NCBI GenBank assembly: GCA_964016885.1
Contig: CAXHJY010001538.1
Coordinates: forward strand, 1 to 64,000
Direction of reading: 5' to 3'
From: Eledone cirrhosa
Taxonomy: Eukaryota
Length of the DNA stretch: 64,000 bases
A program made the translations under genes and the position numbers. Below the pieces are notes generated by a model. It saw only the letters and a list, made by a program, of their open reading frames with translations, was not told the origin of the DNA and made no database searches. Of this stretch, positions 53,801-64,000 are shown piece after piece. Numbering within the stretch: position 1 is the stretch's first letter; each line of letters begins with the position of its first letter.

Positions 53801-56800
53801 GACTTTGTTGACGTTTAACACGGTTTGGTTCCACAGCCACAACTATTGATTTTACGGAGATATCTTGCTGAAATTCACGCCACACATAGCCAATGAGTGT
53901 CTGCACATGTACCAGTAATTACAGATCGATCCGACCACGGGCGGCCGGCCCGCGATTGAAAAGGTAAATCCGCCGGCTAATCGTCATTTTTGGATTCGTT
54001 TTCTTCGAAGCACACCATTCGCCGGCGGACTTTCTTGACGTTTAACACGGTTTGGTTCCACAGCCACAACTATTGATTTTACGGAGATATCTTGCTGAAA
54101 TTCACGCCACACATAGCCAATGAGTGTCTGCACATGTACCAGTAATTACAGATCGATCCGACCACGGGCGGCCGGCCCGCGATTGAAAAGGTAAATCCGC
54201 CGGCTAATCGTCATTTTTGGATTCGTTTTCTTCGAAGCACACCATTCGCCGGCGGACTTTGTTGACGTTTAACACGGTTTGGTTCCACAGCCACAACTAT
54301 TGATTTTACGGAGATATCTTGCTGAAATTCACGCCACACATAGCCAATGAGTGTCTGCACATGTACCAGTAATTACAGATCGATCCGACCACGGGCGGCC
54401 GGCCCGCGATTGAAAAGGTAAATCCGCCGGCTAATCGTCATTTTTGGATTCGTTTTCTTCGAAGCACACCATTCGCCGGCGGACTTTGTTGACGTTTAAC
54501 ACGGTTTGGTTCCACAACCACAACTATTGATTTTACGGAGATATGTTGCTGAAATTCACGCCACACATAGCCAATGAGTGTCTGCACATGTACCAGTAAT
54601 TACAGATCGATCTGACCACGGACGGCCGGCCCGCGATTGAAAAGGTAAATCCGCCGGCTAATCGTCATTTTTGGATTCATTTTCTTCGAAGCACACCATT
54701 CGCCGGCGGACTTTGTTGACGTTTAACACGGTTTGGTTCCACAGCCACAACTATTGATTTTACGGAGATATCTGGCTGAAATTCACGCCACACATAGCCA
54801 ATGAGTGTCTGCACCTGTACCAGTAATTACAGATCGATCCGACCACGGGCGGCCGACCCGCGATTAAAAAGGTAAATCCGCCGGCTAATCGTCATTTTTG
54901 GATTCGTTTTCTTCGAAGCACACCATTCGCCGGCGGACTTTGTTGACGTTTAACACGGTTTGGTTCCACAGCCACAACTATTGATTTTACGGAGATATCT
55001 TGCTGAAATTCACGCCACACATAGCCAATGAGTGTCTGCACATGTACCAGTAATTACAGATCGATCCGACCACGGACGGCCGGCCCGCGATTGAAAAGGT
55101 AAATCCGCCGGCTAATCGTCATTTTTGGATTCGTTTTCTTCGAAGCACACCATTCGCCGGCGGACTTTGTTGACGGTTAACACGGTTTGGTTCCACAGCC
55201 ACAACTATTGATTTTACGGAGATATCTTGCTGAAATTCACGCCACACATAGCCAATGAGTGTCTGCACATGTACCAGTAATTACAGATCGATCCGACCAC
55301 GGGCGGCCGGCCCGCGATTGAAAAGGTAAATCCGCCGGCTAATCGTCATTTTTGGATTCGTTTTCTTCGAAGCACACCATTCGCCGGCGGACTTTGTTGA
55401 CGTTTAACACGGTTTGGTTCCACAGCCACAACTATTGATTTTACGGAGATATCTTGCTGAAATTCACGCCACACATAGCCAATGAGTGTCTGCACATGTA
55501 CCAGTAATTACAGATCGATCCGACCACGGACGGCCGGCCCGCGATTGAAAAGGTAAATCCGCCGGCTAATCGTCATTTTTGGATTCGTTTTCTTCGAAGC
55601 ACACCATTCGCCGGCGGACTTTCTTGACGTTTAACACGGTTTGGTTCCACAGCCACAACTATTGATTTTACGGAGATATCTGGCTGAAATTCACGCCACA
55701 CATAGCCAATGAGTGTCTGCACCTGTACCAGTAATTACAGATCGATCCGACCACGGGCGGCCGGCCCGCGATTGAAAAGGTAAATCCGCCGGCTAATCGT
55801 CATTTTTGGATTCGTTTTCTTCGAAGCACACCATTCGCCGGCGGACTTTGTTGACGTTTAACACGGTTTGGTTCCACAGCCACAACTATTGATTTTACGG
55901 AGATATCTTGCTGAAATTCACGCCACACATAGCCAATGAGTGTCTGCACATGTACCAGTAATTACAGATCGATCCGACCACGGGCGGCCGGCCCGCGATT
56001 GAAAAGGTAAATCCGCCGGCTAATCGTCATTTTTGGATTCGTTTTCTTCGAAGCACACCATTCGCCGGCGGACTTTCTTGACGTTTAACACGGTTTGGTT
56101 CCACAGCCACAACTATTGATTTTACGGAGATATCTTGCTGAAATTCACGCCACACATAGCCAATGAGTGTCTGCACATGTACCAGTAATTACAGATCGAT
56201 CCGACCACGGGCGGCCGGCCCGCGATTGAAAAGGTAAATCCGCCGGCTAATCGTCATTTTTGGATTCGTTTTCTTCGAAGCACACCATTCGCCGGCGGAC
56301 TTTGTTGACGTTTAACACGGTTTGGTTCCACAGCCACAACTATTGATTTTACGGAGATATCTTGCTGAAATTCACGCCACACATAGCCAATGAGTGTCTG
56401 CACATGTACCAGTAATTACAGATCGATCCGACCACGGACGGCCGGCCCGCGATTGAAAAGGTAAATCCGCCGGCTAATCGTCATTTTTGGATTCGTTTTC
56501 TTCGAAGCACACCATTCGCCGGCGGACTTTCTTGACGTTTAACACGGTTTGGTTCCACAGCCACAACTATTGATTTTACGGAGATATCTGGCTGAAATTC
56601 ACGCCACACATAGCCAATGAGTGTCTGCACCTGTACCAGTAATTACAGATCGATCCGACCACGGGCGGCCGGCCCGCGATTGAAAAGGTAAATCCGCCGG
56701 CTAATCGTCATTTTTGGATTCGTTTTCTTCGAAGCACACCATTCGCCGGCGGACTTTGTTGACGTTTAACACGGTTTGGTTCCACAGCCACAACTATTGA

Positions 56801-59800
56801 TTTTACGGAGATATCTTGCTGAAATTCACGCCACACATAGCCAATGAGTGTCTGCACATGTACCAGTAATTACAGATCGATCCGACCACGGGCGGCCGGC
56901 CCGCGATTGAAAAGGTAAATCCGCCGGCTAATCGTCATTTTTGGATTCGTTTTCTTCGAAGCACACCATTCGCCGGCGGACTTTCTTGACGTTTAACACG
57001 GTTTGGTTCCACAGCCACAACTATTGATTTTACGGAGATATCTTGCTGAAATTCACGCCACACATAGCCAATGAGTGTCTGCACATGTACCAGTAATTAC
57101 AGATCGATCCGACCACGGGCGGCCGGCCCGCGATTGAAAAGGTAAATCCGCCGGCTAATCGTCATTTTTGGATTCGTTTTCTTCGAAGCACACCATTCGC
57201 CGGCGGACTTTGTTGACGTTTAACACGGTTTGGTTCCACAGCCACAACTATTGATTTTACGGAGATATCTTGCTGAAATTCACGCCACACATAGCCAATG
57301 AGTGTCTGCACATGTACCAGTAATTACAGATCGATCCGACCACGGGCGGCCGGCCCGCGATTGAAAAGGTAAATCCGCCGGCTAATCGTCATTTTTGGAT
57401 TCGTTTTCTTCGAAGCACACCATTCGCCGGCGGACTTTGTTGACGTTTAACACGGTTTGGTTCCACAACCACAACTATTGATTTTACGGAGATATGTTGC
57501 TGAAATTCACGCCACACATAGCCAATGAGTGTCTGCACATGTACCAGTAATTACAGATCGATCTGACCACGGACGGCCGGCCCGCGATTGAAAAGGTAAA
57601 TCCGCCGGCTAATCGTCATTTTTGGATTCATTTTCTTCGAAGCACACCATTCGCCGGCGGACTTTGTTGACGTTTAACACGGTTTGGTTCCACAGCCACA
57701 ACTATTGATTTTACGGAGATATCTTGCTGAAATTCACGCCACACATAGCCAATGAGTGTCTGCACATGTACCAGTAATTACAGATCGATCCGACCACGGG
57801 CGGCCGGCCCGCGATAGAAAAGGTAAATCCGCCGGCTAATCGTCATTTTTGGATTCGTTTTCTTCGAAGCACACCATTCGCCGGCGGACTTTCTTGACGT
57901 TTAACACGGTTTGGTTCCACAGCCACAACTATTGATTTTACGGAGATATCTTGCTGAAATTCACGCCACACATAGCCAATGAGTGTCTGCACATGTACCA
58001 GTAATTACAGATCGATCCGACCACGGGCGGCCGGCCCGCGATTGAAAAGGTAAATCCGCCGGCTAATCGTCATTTTTGGATTCGTTTTCTTCGAAGCACA
58101 CCATTCGCCGGCGGACTTTGTTGACGTTTAACACGGTTTGGTTCCACAACCACAACTATTGATTTTACGGAGATATCTTGCTGAAATTCACGCCACACAT
58201 AGCCAATGAGTGTCTGCACATGTACCAGTAATTACAGATCGATCCGACCACGGGCGGCCGGCCCGCGATTGAAAAGGTAAATCCGCCGGCTAATCGTCAT
58301 TTTTGGATTCGTTTTCTTCGAAGCACACCATTCGCCGGCGGACTTTGTTGACGTTTAACACGGTTTGGTTCCACAGCCACAACTATTGATTTTACGGAGA
58401 TATCTTGCTGAAATTCACGCCACACATAGCCAATGAGTGTCTGCACATGTACCAGTAATTACAGATCGATCCGACCACGGGCGGCCGGCCCGCGATTGAA
58501 AAGGTAAATCCGCCGGCTAATCGTCATTTTTGGATTCGTTTTCTTCGAAGCACACCATTCGCCGGCGGACTTTGTTGACGTTTAACACGGTTTGGTTCCA
58601 CAACCACAACTATTGATTTTACGGAGATATGTTGCTGAAATTCACGCCACACATAGCCAATGAGTGTCTGCACATGTACCAGTAATTACAGATCGATCTG
58701 ACCACGGACGGCCGGCCCGCGATTGAAAAGGTAAATCCGCCGGCTAATCGTCATTTTTGGATTCATTTTCTTCGAAGCACACCATTCGCCGGCGGACTTT
58801 GTTGACGTTTAACACGGTTTGGTTCCACAGCCACAACTATTGATTTTACGGAGATATCTGGCTGAAATTCACGCCACACATAGCCAATGAGTGTCTGCAC
58901 CTGTACCAGTAATTACAGATCGATCCGACCACGGGCGGCCGACCCGCGATTAAAAAGGTAAATCCGCCGGCTAATCGTCATTTTTGGATTCGTTTTCTTC
59001 GAAGCACACCATTCGCCGGCGGACTTTGTTGACGTTTAACACGGTTTGGTTCCACAGCCACAACTATTGATTTTACGGAGATATCTTGCTGAAATTCACG
59101 CCACACATAGCCAATGAGTGTCTGCACATGTACCAGTAATTACAGATCGATCCGACCACGGACGGCCGGCCCGCGATTGAAAAGGTAAATCCGCCGGCTA
59201 ATCGTCATTTTTGGATTCGTTTTCTTCGAAGCACACCATTCGCCGGCGGACTTTGTTGACGGTTAACACGGTTTGGTTCCACAGCCACAACTATTGATTT
59301 TACGGAGATATCTTGCTGAAATTCACGCCACACATAGCCAATGAGTGTCTGCACATGTACCAGTAATTACAGATCGATCCGACCACGGGCGGCCGGCCCG
59401 CGATTGAAAAGGTAAATCCGCCGGCTAATCGTCATTTTTGGATTCGTTTTCTTCGAAGCACACCATTCGCCGGCGGACTTTGTTGACGTTTAACACGGTT
59501 TGGTTCCACAGCCACAACTATTGATTTTACGGAGATATCTTGCTGAAATTCACGCCACACATAGCCAATGAGTGTCTGCACATGTACCAGTAATTACAGA
59601 TCGATCCGACCACGGACGGCCGGCCCGCGATTGAAAAGGTAAATCCGCCGGCTAATCGTCATTTTTGGATTCGTTTTCTTCGAAGCACACCATTCGCCGG
59701 CGGACTTTCTTGACGTTTAACACGGTTTGGTTCCACAGCCACAACTATTGATTTTACGGAGATATCTGGCTGAAATTCACGCCACACATAGCCAATGAGT

Positions 59801-62800
59801 GTCTGCACCTGTACCAGTAATTACAGATCGATCCGACCACGGGCGGCCGGCCCGCGATTGAAAAGGTAAATCCGCCGGCTAATCGTCATTTTTGGATTCG
59901 TTTTCTTCGAAGCACACCATTCGCCGGCGGACTTTGTTGACGTTTAACACGGTTTGGTTCCACAGCCACAACTATTGATTTTACGGAGATATCTTGCTGA
60001 AATTCACGCCACACATAGCCAATGAGTGTCTGCACATGTACCAGTAATTACAGATCGATCCGACCACGGGCGGCCGGCCCGCGATTGAAAAGGTAAATCC
60101 GCCGGCTAATCGTCATTTTTGGATTCGTTTTCTTCGAAGCACACCATTCGCCGGCGGACTTTCTTGACGTTTAACACGGTTTGGTTCCACAGCCACAACT
60201 ATTGATTTTACGGAGATATCTTGCTGAAATTCACGCCACACATAGCCAATGAGTGTCTGCACATGTACCAGTAATTACAGATCGATCCGACCACGGGCGG
60301 CCGGCCCGCGATTGAAAAGGTAAATCCGCCGGCTAATCGTCATTTTTGGATTCGTTTTCTTCGAAGCACACCATTCGCCGGCGGACTTTGTTGACGTTTA
60401 ACACGGTTTGGTTCCACAGCCACAACTATTGATTTTACGGAGATATCTTGCTGAAATTCACGCCACACATAGCCAATGAGTGTCTGCACATGTACCAGTA
60501 ATTACAGATCGATCCGACCACGGACGGCCGGCCCGCGATTGAAAAGGTAAATCCGCCGGCTAATCGTCATTTTTGGATTCGTTTTCTTCGAAGCACACCA
60601 TTCGCCGGCGGACTTTCTTGACGTTTAACACGGTTTGGTTCCACAGCCACAACTATTGATTTTACGGAGATATCTGGCTGAAATTCACGCCACACATAGC
60701 CAATGAGTGTCTGCACCTGTACCAGTAATTACAGATCGATCCGACCACGGGCGGCCGGCCCGCGATTGAAAAGGTAAATCCGCCGGCTAATCGTCATTTT
60801 TGGATTCGTTTTCTTCGAAGCACACCATTCGCCGGCGGACTTTGTTGACGTTTAACACGGTTTGGTTCCACAGCCACAACTATTGATTTTACGGAGATAT
60901 CTTGCTGAAATTCACGCCACACATAGCCAATGAGTGTCTGCACATGTACCAGTAATTACAGATCGATCCGACCACGGGCGGCCGGCCCGCGATTGAAAAG
61001 GTAAATCCGCCGGCTAATCGTCATTTTTGGATTCGTTTTCTTCGAAGCACACCATTCGCCGGCGGACTTTCTTGACGTTTAACACGGTTTGGTTCCACAG
61101 CCACAACTATTGATTTTACGGAGATATCTTGCTGAAATTCACGCCACACATAGCCAATGAGTGTCTGCACATGTACCAGTAATTACAGATCGATCCGACC
61201 ACGGGCGGCCGGCCCGCGATTGAAAAGGTAAATCCGCCGGCTAATCGTCATTTTTGGATTCGTTTTCTTCGAAGCACACCATTCGCCGGCGGACTTTGTT
61301 GACGTTTAACACGGTTTGGTTCCACAACCACAACTATTGATTTTACGGAGATATCTTGCTGAAATTCACGCCACACATAGCCAATGAGTGTCTGCACATG
61401 TACCAGTAATTACAGATCGATCCGACCACGGGCGGCCGGCCCGCGATTGAAAAGGTAAATCCGCCGGCTAATCGTCATTTTTGGATTCGTTTTCTTCGAA
61501 GCACACCATTCGCCGGCGGACTTTGTTGACGTTTAACACGGTTTGGTTCCACAGCCACAACTATTGATTTTACGGAGATATCTTGCTGAAATTCACGCCA
61601 CACATAGCCAATGAGTGTCTGCACATGTACCAGTAATTACAGATCGATCCGACCACGGGCGGCCGGCCCGCGATTGAAAAGGTAAATCCGCCGGCTAATC
61701 GTCATTTTTGGATTCGTTTTCTTCGAAGCACACCATTCGCCGGCGGACTTTGTTGACGTTTAACACGGTTTGGTTCCACAACCACAACTATTGATTTTAC
61801 GGAGATATGTTGCTGAAATTCACGCCACACATAGCCAATGAGTGTCTGCACATGTACCAGTAATTACAGATCGATCTGACCACGGACGGCCGGCCCGCGA
61901 TTGAAAAGGTAAATCCGCCGGCTAATCGTCATTTTTGGATTCATTTTCTTCGAAGCACACCATTCGCCGGCGGACTTTGTTGACGTTTAACACGGTTTGG
62001 TTCCACAGCCACAACTATTGATTTTACGGAGATATCTGGCTGAAATTCACGCCACACATAGCCAATGAGTGTCTGCACCTGTACCAGTAATTACAGATCG
62101 ATCCGACCACGGGCGGCCGACCCGCGATTAAAAAGGTAAATCCGCCGGCTAATCGTCATTTTTGGATTCGTTTTCTTCGAAGCACACCATTCGCCGGCGG
62201 ACTTTGTTGACGTTTAACACGGTTTGGTTCCACAGCCACAACTATTGATTTTACGGAGATATCTTGCTGAAATTCACGCCACACATAGCCAATGAGTGTC
62301 TGCACATGTACCAGTAATTACAGATCGATCCGACCACGGACGGCCGGCCCGCGATTGAAAAGGTAAATCCGCCGGCTAATCGTCATTTTTGGATTCGTTT
62401 TCTTCGAAGCACACCATTCGCCGGCGGACTTTGTTGACGGTTAACACGGTTTGGTTCCACAGCCACAACTATTGATTTTACGGAGATATCTTGCTGAAAT
62501 TCACGCCACACATAGCCAATGAGTGTCTGCACATGTACCAGTAATTACAGATCGATCCGACCACGGGCGGCCGGCCCGCGATTGAAAAGGTAAATCCGCC
62601 GGCTAATCGTCATTTTTGGATTCGTTTTCTTCGAAGCACACCATTCGCCGGCGGACTTTGTTGACGTTTAACACGGTTTGGTTCCACAGCCACAACTATT
62701 GATTTTACGGAGATATCTTGCTGAAATTCACGCCACACATAGCCAATGAGTGTCTGCACATGTACCAGTAATTACAGATCGATCCGACCACGGACGGCCG

Positions 62801-64000
62801 GCCCGCGATTGAAAAGGTAAATCCGCCGGCTAATCGTCATTTTTGGATTCGTTTTCTTCGAAGCACACCATTCGCCGGCGGACTTTCTTGACGTTTAACA
62901 CGGTTTGGTTCCACAGCCACAACTATTGATTTTACGGAGATATCTGGCTGAAATTCACGCCACACATAGCCAATGAGTGTCTGCACCTGTACCAGTAATT
63001 ACAGATCGATCCGACCACGGGCGGCCGGCCCGCGATTGAAAAGGTAAATCCGCCGGCTAATCGTCATTTTTGGATTCGTTTTCTTCGAAGCACACCATTC
63101 GCCGGCGGACTTTGTTGACGTTTAACACGGTTTGGTTCCACAGCCACAACTATTGATTTTACGGAGATATCTTGCTGAAATTCACGCCACACATAGCCAA
63201 TGAGTGTCTGCACATGTACCAGTAATTACAGATCGATCCGACCACGGGCGGCCGGCCCGCGATTGAAAAGGTAAATCCGCCGGCTAATCGTCATTTTTGG
63301 ATTCGTTTTCTTCGAAGCACACCATTCGCCGGCGGACTTTCTTGACGTTTAACACGGTTTGGTTCCACAGCCACAACTATTGATTTTACGGAGATATCTT
63401 GCTGAAATTCACGCCACACATAGCCAATGAGTGTCTGCACATGTACCAGTAATTACAGATCGATCCGACCACGGACGGCCGGCCCGCGATTGAAAAGGTA
63501 AATCCGCCGGCTAATCGTCATTTTTGGATTCGTTTTCTTCGAAGCACACCATTCGCCGGCGGACTTTCTTGACGTTTAACACGGTTTGGTTCCACAGCCA
63601 CAACTATTGATTTTACGGAGATATCTGGCTGAAATTCACGCCACACATAGCCAATGAGTGTCTGCACCTGTACCAGTAATTACAGATCGATCCGACCACG
63701 GGCGGCCGGCCCGCGATTGAAAAGGTAAATCCGCCGGCTAATCGTCATTTTTGGATTCGTTTTCTTCGAAGCACACCATTCGCCGGCGGACTTTGTTGAC
63801 GTTTAACACGGTTTGGTTCCACAGCCACAACTATTGATTTTACGGAGATATCTTGCTGAAATTCACGCCACACATAGCCAATGAGTGTCTGCACATGTAC
63901 CAGTAATTACAGATCGATCCGACCACGGGCGGCCGGCCCGCGATTGAAAAGGTAAATCCGCCGGCTAATCGTCATTTTTGGATTCGTTTTCTTCGAAGCA
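50840..64000. repeat. Higher-order repeat of the 227-bp satellite: units of 17, 18 and 14 monomers with an internal 4-monomer (908-bp) sub-repeat
   Basis: Variant monomer X (T76G, A117C, G158A, G168A) starts at 50840, 54699, 58785 and 61963. Each is followed by a G151A monomer, a T24G monomer, and then repeated [G151A, G17C+T76G+A117C, consensus, G17C] blocks. Variant Z (G46A, C74G, C142T, G151A, G208A) starts at 54472, 57423, 58558 and 61736. Confidence 0.92.

Larger units (their letters stand above)
50386..64000. repeat. 227-bp satellite array, 60 monomers (last one 5 nt short at the window edge)
   Basis: Monomer TTCGCCGGCGGACTTTGTTGACG...CTTCGAAGCACACCA starts at 50386, 50613, 50840 ... 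60601 ... 63779, always at 50386 + 227n. About 48% GC by hand count (110/227). Monomers differ from consensus by 0-5 substitutions. Confidence 0.99.

Noticed and set aside
50386-64000. CRISPR array or msDNA/retron-like repeat-spacer system
   Set aside because: The entire 227 bp repeats with no unique spacers, and there is no cas or reverse transcriptase gene in the window.

Overview
The window contains no credible genes. It holds two abutting tandem-repeat arrays, most likely eukaryotic heterochromatin (centromeric, pericentromeric or subtelomeric; the organism cannot be identified from sequence alone). (1) 1..~50,389 is an AT-rich, strand-asymmetric 9-bp satellite, consensus (GAATTTTAG)n = (TTAGG-AATT)n, roughly 5,500 units. 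It is hierarchical: 9 bp, then a ~129-bp 14-unit module, then 2-5 kb blocks, then 11.9 and 13.4 kb duplications. (2) 50,386..64,000 is a ~48% GC, CpG-rich 227-bp satellite with 60 near-identical monomers, no net length change, and a nested higher-order repeat (a 4-mer inside a 14-18-mer). The monomer is unusually rich in palindromes and carries a 9-bp inverted repeat. The arrays meet with no spacer, where the 9-mer array's rare CGGACTTT variant is expected, a word shared with the 227-bp monomer, and the first monomer looks like a mosaic of both. All ORFs in the track are translations of the 9-bp repeat. Counts were made by eye and should be recomputed.
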